A DNA stretch of 63,893 nt, filler included, from Actinomycetota bacterium (GTDB lineage Bacteria > Actinomycetota > CADDZG01 > JAHWKV01 > JAOPZY01), in assembly GCA_025963875.1 (NCBI GenBank). It is 5 parts of 5 records of this genome, joined end to end, with 100 filler letters (N's around TTAATTAATTAA, not from the genome) between each part and the next. Parts side by side here need not be neighbours in the genome. Positions count along the whole stretch, not along the records: positions 19,290 to 47,233 come from JAOPZY010000071.1; 4 more parts are not named here. The stretch is one strand, 5' to 3'. Under the pieces are notes generated by a model. The model saw only the letters and a list, made by a program, of their open reading frames with translations, ran no database searches and had not been told where the DNA came from. The translations under genes were made by a program, and so were the position numbers. The first letter of the stretch is position 1; the number at the start of each line of letters is the position of its first letter. Positions 29,230 to 37,954 of this stretch are shown here, piece by piece.

Positions 29230-29439
29230 CTGGCCCGAGCGCTGCTCGCCAGCTATGAACTCCATCTCGAGCCGGTGACTGTCGACGATGCCGAGCAGGC
29301 TGCGGCCATCTGGTCCCAAGGCAGCGGCCTCTCGCTCGGCGACCGGCTGTGCCTTGCCCTGGCCCGACGCCTAGAAGCCACCGTGTGGACTGCGGACAAC
29401 GCCTGGGGTGCCAGCGAAGCCGTCCGGCAGATCCGCTGA
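29230..29439 (+). pseudogene. vapC: C-terminal fragment of a VapC/PIN-domain toxin
   Basis: LARALLASYELHLEPVTVDDAE..GLSLGDRLCLALARRL..VWTADNAW..IR; the N-terminal PIN motifs and an antitoxin gene are absent. Confidence 0.75.
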
Positions 29440-29513
29440 CACTGGCGGTTTGGAAGAGCCCGGCCCCTGAGATCCGGCGGTTTCGCTCGGTACCGAACTA
29501 GAGTTCTCCGAGC

Positions 29514-30599
29514 ATGAACGCCCCGCTCCCCTCCCTCGTCGACGATTGGATCCGCTTCAAGCGCACGCGCACCCGCCGTGGCCTCTCGGTGGCGTCGGAG
29601 ACCGCCTACCGGGCAGACCTGGCGGCGGTGGCGCGCCGGGTGGCCGATGACCTGCACCGCCCGGTCCCCGAGGAACCGGAGGGCAAGAAGAAGCTGTCCC
29701 CCGTAGCCCGGGAGCTTTCCCGCCTCGTCCTCGACGACCTGACCGAGGACAATCTCGGCACCGCCTTCGCCTCCCTCGTTGAGGAGGGCTACGCCGCCGC
29801 CACCCGCCAGCGGATGCTGGCCGCCTGGCGGGGCTGGTGCCGCTGGCTCGCCCGCTCCGGCGTTCTCCCCTTCGACCCCACCGCGGCCCTGGAGACACCC
29901 GCGGCCCGAGCGGATTCCGGCGACGCCGACATCTACTTCAGCAGCGCCGAGCTCGAGCGCATCGTGTCGACGGTTGCCGTCGCCGACGCCCGGGAGGCAG
30001 TCCCGTGGCCCGAGCGGGACCTGGCGCTTGTCGCCCTCCTCGGCGGGACCGGGGCGCGCGCCTCCGAGGTGATCGACGCCCGGGTGGGGGCACTGCGCTC
30101 GGAGAACGACAGCGACACCCTCCACGTCGTGGGCAAGGGAGGCAAGCGGCGGACGATCCCCGTGGCGCCGGAGGTCGTGGTGGCCGTGAAGAGCTACCTG
30201 CGGGACCGCTCTGACCGGCTCGGCAACCCCTCGGCCTCCGACCGGCTCTTCGTGCGTGCCGACGGCCGGCCCCTGAACCGCCAGGCCCTCGACTACCTCG
30301 TCGAGAAGTGGCTGCGCCGCGCCGGCGTGTCGGTGCGCCCGGGCGAGCTGGCGCACGCCTTCCGGCACACCTATGCCGTCCACCTGGTGCAGATGGGCGT
30401 TCCCCTCCCCCAGGTGCAGGAGCTGCTGGGGCACGTCTCGCTCACCACGACGGCCCGCTACCTGAAGATGACCGGCGCCGAGCTCCAGCAAGCCGCCCAG
30501 GTGCTTCCGCTCCGGCGCTTCCTGGCGGGGGTACGTCCCACCGCGCGTCCTGGGTCGTCAGAAACGTCTCGATTTAGCACCGGAACTAGTCCGAATTAA
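29514..30599 (+). CDS. Tyrosine recombinase (XerC/D-like)
   Basis: TGARASE (R), GKGGK (K), HAFRH, LLGH and TTARY (Y) catalytic residues; N-terminal SAM-like domain. Confidence 0.93.
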   Translation: MNAPLPSLVDDWIRFKRTRTRRGLSVASETAYRADLAAVARRVADDLHRPVPEEPEGKKKLSPVARELSRLVLDDLTEDNLGTAFASLVEEGYAAATRQRMLAAWRGWCRWLARSGVLPFDPTAALETPAARADSGDADIYFSSAELERIVSTVAVADAREAVPWPERDLALVALLGGTGARASEVIDARVGALRSENDSDTLHVVGKGGKRRTIPVAPEVVVAVKSYLRDRSDRLGNPSASDRLFVRADGRPLNRQALDYLVEKWLRRAGVSVRPGELAHAFRHTYAVHLVQMGVPLPQVQELLGHVSLTTTARYLKMTGAELQQAAQVLPLRRFLAGVRPTARPGSSETSRFSTGTSPN

Positions 30600-30721
30600 T
30601 CACCGAATCCAGCCTGGAAACTGGTATCATCGAGCTACGGCAAAACGGTGTAGTCCCCCCCAACCGTGAGACGTAGCAGCATGGCGTATTGGCCGGTTGA
30701 TATGGGGGGGGGCTCGTTGTG

Positions 30722-30826
30722 ATGATTACCTCGGGTGTCGTGATGAACTGGGCCGTCTGGGGAATCTTCGCCACGGTGGGCAGCTATTTCTTCCTCATGA
30801 TCGCCGGGTGGCGACGCAAGTCGTAG
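30722..30826 (+). CDS. Putative 34-aa single-TM microprotein
   Basis: MITSGVVMNWAVWGIFATVGSYFFLMIAGWRRKS*; G-rich upstream sequence; below the ORF-track size limit. Confidence 0.4.
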   Translation: MITSGVVMNWAVWGIFATVGSYFFLMIAGWRRKS

Positions 30827-30916
30827 CGCCAATTCAACGCTGAAACACATCACGTTCAGGCCGGCCGCGACCGTTTAGTCCGGACCTTGTGGGGCATCGT
30901 CACGAGGGACCTCCTC

Positions 30917-32038
30917 GTGACGAACAGAACCCGGATCCTCCTCCTTGCGTTCGGCCTGCTGGCGCTCGTCGCCTCAGTCGGGATGGCGCGCCACGACGCC
31001 GCTGCAGCTGCCGCACGGACGTGGCCTCCATTCGTCCTCGTCGCCGGCCTGCTCCTCATCGGGGCCGTCGCCTACGAAGACGGGACGTTCGAGGCCGCGG
31101 GGGCTCTTCTCGACCGCCTTCCCGGCGGGGAGCCGGTGCTGTACGTCGTGGCCATGGGCCTGGTCGCCGGCGTGACTGTTGTCCTCAACCTCGACACGTC
31201 GGTGGCGTTCCTCACGCCGGTGCTGGTCGGTGCCGCCCGCCGGCGGGGCGCAAGCGAGGAACGCCTGTTGTACGGCTGTGTCTTCCTCTCCAACTCGGCG
31301 TCGCTGCTGCTGCCGGGCAGCAACCTGACGAACCTGCTGGTGCTCTCGGGGACCCACGTCAGTGGCTCGGCGTTCCTCCGGTCGATGGCCCTGCCGTGGG
31401 TGGCCGCGGTCGTGGTCACGATCTCCGGTGTCGCGGTGGCCTTCCGTCGACGAGGGGCGGGGCCGCACCAACCGGAGCGGGTCCCCGCACGGGCCAGGCT
31501 GCTCAGCGTCGTCAGCATCGGCCTGGCCGCCGTCCTCGTCGTGGCCCTGTCCGATCCCGCCGTGCCAGTCCTCGCCGTCGGCCTCCTGGCGGGGACCATC
31601 CGCCTGGCGCAGCGCCGCATCCATCCGGAGCGCATCGCCCGGGCCGTCGACGTCGCCAGCCTGGGGGCGGTCTTCCTGGTGGCGACCGCCCTCGGGACCC
31701 TGGCAAGGGCGTGGACCTTCCCCGGCCACCTCATGCGGACCGCCGCCAGCGGGCAGACCGCGGCGCTTGGTGCGGTGGCGTCCGTCCTCGTGAACAACCT
31801 TCCCGCCGCGGTCCTCCTCGGATCCGGTGCACCGGCGCATCCCCGCAGCCTGCTCTTCGGGCTGAACATCGGCCCGAACCTCGCCGTCACCGGGTCGCTC
31901 TCGGCGCTTGTGTGGTGGCAGGCCGCCCGCTCCGTGGGGGCACGTCCCTCGGCCCGCCGCTATTCGGCAGTCGGTATCCTTCTGGCCCCGGCGGCCATCG
32001 CCGCGGCCCTGGCGGCCGGCCACGTCCACATCGGATGA
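30917..32038 (+). CDS. ArsB/NhaD (SLC13) family permease
   Basis: LNLDTSVAFLTPV, SLLLPGSNLTNL, NNLPA, NIGPNLAVTGSLS. Confidence 0.88.
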   Translation: MTNRTRILLLAFGLLALVASVGMARHDAAAAAARTWPPFVLVAGLLLIGAVAYEDGTFEAAGALLDRLPGGEPVLYVVAMGLVAGVTVVLNLDTSVAFLTPVLVGAARRRGASEERLLYGCVFLSNSASLLLPGSNLTNLLVLSGTHVSGSAFLRSMALPWVAAVVVTISGVAVAFRRRGAGPHQPERVPARARLLSVVSIGLAAVLVVALSDPAVPVLAVGLLAGTIRLAQRRIHPERIARAVDVASLGAVFLVATALGTLARAWTFPGHLMRTAASGQTAALGAVASVLVNNLPAAVLLGSGAPAHPRSLLFGLNIGPNLAVTGSLSALVWWQAARSVGARPSARRYSAVGILLAPAAIAAALAAGHVHIG

Positions 32039-32090
32039 TGCCGACCCTCGAACCGCAAGGTGCGGAAGAAAAGGGTTGCTATGCAGTCCC

Positions 32091-32223
32091 TCGCGAAATT
32101 CCACTGAGAGCGGCCTCCGATGTTGTACGCGCCCGTTTTCCGCCCGAATTGCTCCGTTTCCGACCAGCCCTGGTCCGAACTTGGGAGCGAATCGCGCGTA
32201 TGCGCGCGCTAGGCTCCCAACCT
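32091..32223 (+). repeat. Composite repeat (MITE-like unit plus REP-like hairpin)
   Basis: Near-identical to 17891-18023. Confidence 0.88.
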
Positions 32224-32249
32224 CTTCCTCCGGTTCACCCCAGCCTGCT

Positions 32250-32897
32250 ATGACACACAAAACATCCACACCTCCCGACAAGCCGGCTCCGAATCGCCAG
32301 GGCTTGCCCATCCTCCCCTTCGCCTCCCGGGCCGCCTGGAGCGAGTGGCTCGCCGCCAACCACGACACGTCCAAAGGGCTGTGGCTGAAGATTGCCAAGG
32401 CGGGGTCGGGCAACGACTCCGTCAACTACGCCGACGCCGTCGACGCCGCCCTCTGCCACGGGTGGATCGACGGGCAGAAGGGCGCCTACGACCAGGACTG
32501 GTGGCTCCAGCGCTTCACCCCGCGCGGTCCCCGCAGCAAGTGGTCCAAGATCAACTGCGGGAAGGCCGAGGCGCTGATCGCCTCCGGCGAGATGCAGGGG
32601 GCCGGTCTCGCCGAGGTCGAGAAGGCGAGGGCCGATGGTCGCTGGGCGGTGGCCTACGAGTCGCAGCGCACCGCCACCATCCCCGACGACCTGACGGCCG
32701 CCCTTGACGCAAATCCGGCGGCCGGAACGTTCTTCCAGACACTCAACAGCGCCAGCCGCTACGCCATCCTCTACCGGATCGCCGACGCGAAGCGTCCGGC
32801 GACCAGGGCGCAACGCATCGAGAAGTTCGTTGAGATGCTGGCTAGCGGCGAGGCCCCGCACCTGTCCGGTGGACCTGCGCCGCCTACTCCAACCTGA
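32250..32897 (+). CDS. YdeI/OmpD-associated family protein
   Basis: ALCHGWIDG, RFTPR..SKWSKIN, AKRPATRAQRI. Confidence 0.92.
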   Translation: MTHKTSTPPDKPAPNRQGLPILPFASRAAWSEWLAANHDTSKGLWLKIAKAGSGNDSVNYADAVDAALCHGWIDGQKGAYDQDWWLQRFTPRGPRSKWSKINCGKAEALIASGEMQGAGLAEVEKARADGRWAVAYESQRTATIPDDLTAALDANPAAGTFFQTLNSASRYAILYRIADAKRPATRAQRIEKFVEMLASGEAPHLSGGPAPPTPT

Positions 32898-33627
32898 GCG
32901 GTTCCGCGAAGGCGGCGTCGCCCTGGGCGGCGGTCAGCACGTGCGTCGCCACCAGGCGGTCGATGACGTGGCGCTGGCGCTGCTTGGCCAGATCGAGGTG
33001 GGCGTACGGATCGTAGGCGGACGGCGCCTGCACGAGGCCCGCAAGCAGGCTCGCCTGACCCCAGGTGAGCCGTGCCGGCGCCGTGCCGAAATACCCGCTG
33101 GCGGCGTCGGGGAGGCCGTAGAAGCCATGGCCGTAGTACACCCCTCCCAGGTACATCCGGAGGATCTCGTCCTTCGTGTAACGGGCGTCGAGCTTGAAGG
33201 CAAGCTCGACCTGCTCGACCTTGGCGACGAGGTTCGAGCGGCCCGGCGTGTAGAGGTTCTTGGCGAGCTGGATCTCGAGGGTGGCGGCTCCCGTGTCCCG
33301 GCTGCCCGTGAACTGGCCGGCTGCCGTCCGGAAGAGGCTCACGGCATCGACGCCGAAGTCCTTCGAGAACCTGCTGTTCTCGGTGGCGATGACCGCCTGC
33401 CCGACGCGGTCGGGGACCGGGAGCGCCGAGAGGTGCCGGGCGCCGTGAGCGTTCAGGATGCCGGCCACCAGTGCGGGCGCGGAGTCCACCGAGGGGGTGA
33501 GGGGCCAGAGCCCCAGGACGGCGCCGACCGCCAGGGCAACGACAGCGAGGACCACAACCACCAGCCGCAGCAGCCATCGTCCCCAGCGGATCCTCCTGCG
33601 TGGTTGGTCGCCGTCCATGGCCGCCAT
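32884..33627 (-). CDS. Monofunctional peptidoglycan transglycosylase (GT51)
   Basis: IATENSRF..GVD, TLEIQLAKN, KDEILRMYL..YYGHG; no transpeptidase domain. Confidence 0.88.
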   Translation of the reverse strand: MAAMDGDQPRRRIRWGRWLLRLVVVVLAVVALAVGAVLGLWPLTPSVDSAPALVAGILNAHGARHLSALPVPDRVGQAVIATENSRFSKDFGVDAVSLFRTAAGQFTGSRDTGAATLEIQLAKNLYTPGRSNLVAKVEQVELAFKLDARYTKDEILRMYLGGVYYGHGFYGLPDAASGYFGTAPARLTWGQASLLAGLVQAPSAYDPYAHLDLAKQRQRHVIDRLVATHVLTAAQGDAAFAEPLRLE

Positions 33628-33781
33628 GATGCATCAGGCGGCTTTCCGGTGGTTGTGAACCGGAACCGCTTCCGGCCCTCAGGCGTCTTCTTGGGGTACG
33701 TTAAGGCCCGCGGCTGATGGGCCGGCCTGCTCGGAGGCAAACCATGAGGAACCCAATCATGAGTGGCTGCGCGTGTCGCTG

Positions 33782-35518
33782 ATGGGCATGCGGACTCCGC
33801 CCGCCGACGGGGGCCGGGGCATGCCCCCCTGGCCGGCCGCGCTCGTGGTCGTCGTGCTGGTCGCCGCCCTGGGCATCGCCGTCCGCGGGTGGCTCCTCGT
33901 CGGGCCCAGTTCCCACTCGCGGCCCAAACCCGCTCCCCCATCAGCGACCAGGGCGAGCCTGACCCCGCCGCCCGCTCCCCCGGGCGCCCCGGGTTCCGAC
34001 GAGGAGAACGCGAACGGCGCCATCGCGGCCACCTCGACGGTCGTCGCCGGGCCGCCGGGTCCCTACGGACCGACTGCTGCGTGGGTGGTCGCGGAGAACG
34101 CCAGGCCCGGCACGCCCAACTGGGCCCTCGGCAACCGCGCTCGGCAGCACCAGATCGAGGGGTACGCCGACCGCGTCAGCATCGACGTCAGCGGGACCGT
34201 CCACCTCCTCGTCTCCACGACCGCACCGACGTTCAAGGTGGAGGCGTACCGGATGGGGTACTACGGCGGAGCGGGCGGGCGCCTCGTGTGGACCTCGCCC
34301 GACCAGCCGGGAGCCGTCCAACCCGCCTACACGGTGTCGCCGGGCACGAACATGGTCGAGACCGCCTGGAAGCCGTCGCTCACCGTCACGACCGATGCCG
34401 CCTGGCCGCCCGGGCAGTACCTCTTCAAGCTCGTGGCCAGCTCGGGCTTCCAGTCGTACGTCCCGCTCACCATCCGTGACGACGCATCCCGGGCCGCCTA
34501 CCTCGTCGACAGCGACGTGACCACCTGGCAGGCGTACAACCTCTACGGCGGCTACGACCTCTACCAGGGGCCGTCCGGCCGCTCCCGTATCGTCTCCTTC
34601 GACCGGCCCTACGCCCTGGGCGACGGATCGGGCGACTTCCTCGGCAACGAGTTCCACGTCGTCTCGCTCGTCGAGTCCCTCGGCCTCGACGTCGCCTACT
34701 CGACCGACGTCGACGTCCACGAGCACCCCGACCAGGTGCTCGACCACCGGGCCTTCATCTCGCTCGGCCACGACGAGTACTACTCGCTCGCCATGCGCAA
34801 CGGCCTGCAGGCGGCCCGCGACCACGGGGTCAACCTCATGTTCCTCGGAGCGAACGCCATCTACCGCCACATCCGCTTCGAGCCCTCCGCCCTCGGCCCC
34901 AACCGCCACGAGGTCGACTACAAGGACGCCAAGGAGGACCCGCTCAACGGCAAGAACGGCGCCGACACGACGCCGGCGGCGTGGCGCTACCCGCCGAACA
35001 ACAATCCGGAGAGCACCATCATCGGCAACTACTACCAGTGCAACCCCGTCGTGGCGGACATGGTGATCAGCGATCCGTCCAGCTGGATCTTCGCCGGCAC
35101 CGGCGTGACCGCCGGGCAGCATCTGTCGGGCGTGGTCGGCACGGAGTACGACCACTACGACCCGAAGGCCCCCGGACCGCGCAACGTCGACGTCGCCGCC
35201 CGGTCACCGCTGGTCTGCCAGGGCCGTCCCGACTACGCCGACATGACCTACTACAGCGCCGCGTCGGGGGCGGGCGTCTTCGCCAGCGGCACCCTCTTGT
35301 GGATCCCGAAGCTGGACCCGAACTGCGCCATGCCGTGCCCGGGCCGGGTCGTGACGAGGGTGACCGAGAACCTCCTGGCAGCCTTCGGCGCCGGGCCTGC
35401 CGGCAAGACGCACCCGTCGACGGGAAACTGGCACTCGATGCCGACCGGCCTCTCCAGCCTCTCGCCGCCGGCGACCGGCCCCTCGCCCTCCCCGAAGGCC
35501 AGCCGCAAGAAGCACTGA
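33782..35518 (+). CDS. N,N-dimethylformamidase beta-subunit-like secreted protein
   Basis: YRMGYYGG, TWQAYN, VSFDRPY, SLGHDEYYS, GVFASGT; N-terminal TM. Start codon uncertain. Confidence 0.82.
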   Translation: MGMRTPPADGGRGMPPWPAALVVVVLVAALGIAVRGWLLVGPSSHSRPKPAPPSATRASLTPPPAPPGAPGSDEENANGAIAATSTVVAGPPGPYGPTAAWVVAENARPGTPNWALGNRARQHQIEGYADRVSIDVSGTVHLLVSTTAPTFKVEAYRMGYYGGAGGRLVWTSPDQPGAVQPAYTVSPGTNMVETAWKPSLTVTTDAAWPPGQYLFKLVASSGFQSYVPLTIRDDASRAAYLVDSDVTTWQAYNLYGGYDLYQGPSGRSRIVSFDRPYALGDGSGDFLGNEFHVVSLVESLGLDVAYSTDVDVHEHPDQVLDHRAFISLGHDEYYSLAMRNGLQAARDHGVNLMFLGANAIYRHIRFEPSALGPNRHEVDYKDAKEDPLNGKNGADTTPAAWRYPPNNNPESTIIGNYYQCNPVVADMVISDPSSWIFAGTGVTAGQHLSGVVGTEYDHYDPKAPGPRNVDVAARSPLVCQGRPDYADMTYYSAASGAGVFASGTLLWIPKLDPNCAMPCPGRVVTRVTENLLAAFGAGPAGKTHPSTGNWHSMPTGLSSLSPPATGPSPSPKASRKKH

Positions 35519-35622
35519 CAGAGGTTGGTAGGAAATCCCGCGCCGGCCAGGGTGCCGCAAAATAGCGAACGGGATTCCGGGGTATGGCTTGTCCGGACCT
35601 CCGGACGCCAGCCAGGGGCCGG

Positions 35623-35673
35623 AGGTTGGGAGCCTAGCGCGCGCATACGCGCGATTCGCTCCCAACTTCGGAC
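35623..35673 (-). repeat. REP-like hairpin (reverse orientation)
   Basis: Reverse complement of the 17981/32181 hairpin; lies between convergent genes. Confidence 0.88.
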
Positions 35674-35693
35674 TCGCCTCCCCCGAGCCCCCC

Positions 35694-36698
35694 TTACTCC
35701 GAGCGGTCCTCGGCCGCGATGGCCGCCGACCAGCCCTCGTCCGGGTCCTCCACGGCCAGGTGGAGGTTCCAGCCGCCTATCATCTCGTGCGGCTCCCACC
35801 GGTACCAGCGGAGGCGGCCCATCTCGCGGGCCAGCTCGTCGGGGTCGGGGGGCCAGTCCAGCCCCGACAGCTCGGCCGCGGCCCACCATGCCGCCGAGCG
35901 CCCCGCTGCCGCCCCGCGCCGCCGCCCGTGGGCGCCGCCGCTGGCGGCGGCCCAGGCCATGAGCGCCAGGGCCTCGCGCGGCGGGACCTCTCCGATGAGG
36001 AAGGACCGCACGCCCAGGGTGCCGATGGCGTCTGCGGCGTCCCCCTCGACGACGGCCGCCTCCGCCCTCCCCCCGGATCCCGTGACCCACGTGGTCGCGA
36101 GGTCAAGGAGCGCCCGGTGCAGCTCGTCGTCGTCGATCAGCTCGGCCGCGCGGCCGGGGCTGCCCTCGGTCGTCACCTGCGACACCTCGGGCGACGGGGC
36201 CTCGATTTCATGGGACTTGTAGGTCGCCAGCGTGTAGGGCGGCTCCCAGGCCTCGAGGCGCATCGGCAGCTCCAGGACCTCCGGATGCGCCTCGGGCCGG
36301 CCCGTCAGCACCTCGCCCCGGAGCACCCGTTCCGCCGCCACGACGCCTGCCACCTGCGGGGATGGCAGGTAGGGCTCCAGCTCGTCGAAGGTGTGGGTGG
36401 AGGCGGCAACCTCGGTCAAGGGTCCGAAGGCGAACCGGCCGGCGGAGGGGGTCAGCACCGACGCGGCGTAGGGTGCGGAGGCCTCGAGGGCCAGGCGGTA
36501 GTCGATGTGCTCGGCGATCGGCCAGAGCTGCTTGCCCCGCTCGTAGGCCTCCCGGCAGCGGCGGGCGAGCTCGACCAGGTCGTCCCACGCTCTCGCCTCA
36601 CAGAGCGCGTCCACCCGGCGAAGGAGCGGATTCGGCTCGGCGGCCTCGACCAGGTCGTCGAGGTCGAGCGGCCGGGGCTCCTCGTCATAGAACGCCAT
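35694..36698 (-). CDS. Conserved actinobacterial hypothetical protein (DUF6183-like)
   Basis: 334-aa ORF with good codon bias; LWPIAE..YRLALEA, GPLTEVAAS, GGAHGRRRGAAAGR motifs. Family name recalled, not searched. Confidence 0.75.
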   Translation of the reverse strand: MAFYDEEPRPLDLDDLVEAAEPNPLLRRVDALCEARAWDDLVELARRCREAYERGKQLWPIAEHIDYRLALEASAPYAASVLTPSAGRFAFGPLTEVAASTHTFDELEPYLPSPQVAGVVAAERVLRGEVLTGRPEAHPEVLELPMRLEAWEPPYTLATYKSHEIEAPSPEVSQVTTEGSPGRAAELIDDDELHRALLDLATTWVTGSGGRAEAAVVEGDAADAIGTLGVRSFLIGEVPPREALALMAWAAASGGAHGRRRGAAAGRSAAWWAAAELSGLDWPPDPDELAREMGRLRWYRWEPHEMIGGWNLHLAVEDPDEGWSAAIAAEDRSE

Positions 36699-36704
36699 GG
36701 CGAC

Positions 36705-37214
36705 TCAGCGGATGCCGGTGTCGCAGCTGATGTCGACGGTCGCCAGCCTGCCGGCGACGACGGTCGCCGTGGGCGTGGGGCACCTGGGGAACGACCCGGA
36801 GGACGCCACCGTCAGGGTGTACTGCCCGGGCGGCAGGAGCAGCCGGTAGCGGCCGTCGCTGCCGGACCGGGACATCGCGGCGAGGCGACCCGCGGGATCC
36901 CTGGCGTCCACCTCTGCGCTCAGCGGCCTTGGAGGACACGGGCTGTCCACACGCTCGACAGGGCACGTCGGGCCGGCCGACACGGTCCCCTGCAGGCCCG
37001 TCACCGCGCCCGCGGCGGATGCGCTGTGCGATGGCGTCGCGCTCGGCGACAGGGTCCCCTGCAGGCCCGTCACCGTCACTCCGGCTGAGGCGCTGAGCGA
37101 TGGCGTCGCGCTGGGCGAGACAGTGGCCGCCACGGGAGGCGAGGCCGGCTGCCGGCAGGCCGCCAGGGCAAGCAGGCCAAGCAACGCCGGCCGGGGAACG
37201 TTGTGATACCGCAT
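36705..37214 (-). CDS. Lipoprotein with carboxypeptidase-regulatory-like domain and an internal 23-aa duplication
   Basis: Lipobox LAAC; GPTCPVE..PCPPRP; LPPGQY; ISCDTGIR. Start codon uncertain. Confidence 0.78.
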   Translation of the reverse strand: MRYHNVPRPALLGLLALAACRQPASPPVAATVSPSATPSLSASAGVTVTGLQGTLSPSATPSHSASAAGAVTGLQGTVSAGPTCPVERVDSPCPPRPLSAEVDARDPAGRLAAMSRSGSDGRYRLLLPPGQYTLTVASSGSFPRCPTPTATVVAGRLATVDISCDTGIR

Positions 37215-37318
37215 CCCAAGAACATAACCGTTCGCAATCCCGCCTCCCTCCCAGGCCGTAGAACACGGCGACTGATCGAGTTGTCCCGAGAGGAGAGGTT
37301 ATGCACACATCGCAGCTC

Positions 37319-37918
37319 ATGCACCGGAGGGGGCGCCGCTTGCTGTCGGCAGGAGCCCTCGGCGCCGCAGCCGTTCTGGCGTTCGCCGCCTGCAGCAAGT
37401 CCACCACGGCGGGGACCGGGTCGACGTCGTCGCCCTCCTCCTCCGCCACGTCCTCGTCACCGACCGCCAACGCCGACGCCGACGCCGCCATCACGGTTGC
37501 GACCGCCAGCATCCCCGGCGTCGGCACGGTGTTGGTGAACGGCAGCGGCCAGACCCTCTACCTGCTCAGCTCGGAGAAGGGCGGCAACCTCACCTGCACC
37601 GACGCCAACGGCTGCACCAAGGTCTGGCCCGACACGGAACTGCCCAGCGGCAAGACCGCCGGGATCGCCGGCGCCGGGGTCCAGGCGAGCCTGCTGAGCA
37701 CGGTCAAGACCGCCGACGGCAAGCTCTACCTGACCTACAACACCTTCCCGCTCTACACGTTCACCGGCGACACCAAGACCGGGACGGCGGCGGGCCAGGG
37801 CATCACCAGCTTCGGGGGCACCTGGTCGGCCATCACGCCCGCCGGCGCCGCCGCCACCACAAGCAGCGCCTCGTCCAGCCCCAGCGCCAAGACCTCGAGC
37901 AGCGGCTACGGCTACTGA
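37319..37918 (+). CDS. COG4315 / Lipoprotein_15-repeat lipoprotein
   Basis: Lipobox FAAC; GQTLY, CTKVWP, PLYTFTGD, GQG..FGGTW. Confidence 0.87.
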   Translation: MHRRGRRLLSAGALGAAAVLAFAACSKSTTAGTGSTSSPSSSATSSSPTANADADAAITVATASIPGVGTVLVNGSGQTLYLLSSEKGGNLTCTDANGCTKVWPDTELPSGKTAGIAGAGVQASLLSTVKTADGKLYLTYNTFPLYTFTGDTKTGTAAGQGITSFGGTWSAITPAGAAATTSSASSSPSAKTSSSGYGY

Positions 37919-37954
37919 ACCAGGAATCCGCCGATCGCCCCTGGGGGGGCCCGG

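Noticed and set aside
17981..35673. GTT...AAC hairpins plus a tyrosine recombinase read as an integron (attC/IntI)
   Set aside because: attC sites run RYYYAAC...GTTRRRY, the opposite arrangement; copies are dispersed in both orientations, and I see no IntI-specific insertion in the recombinase.
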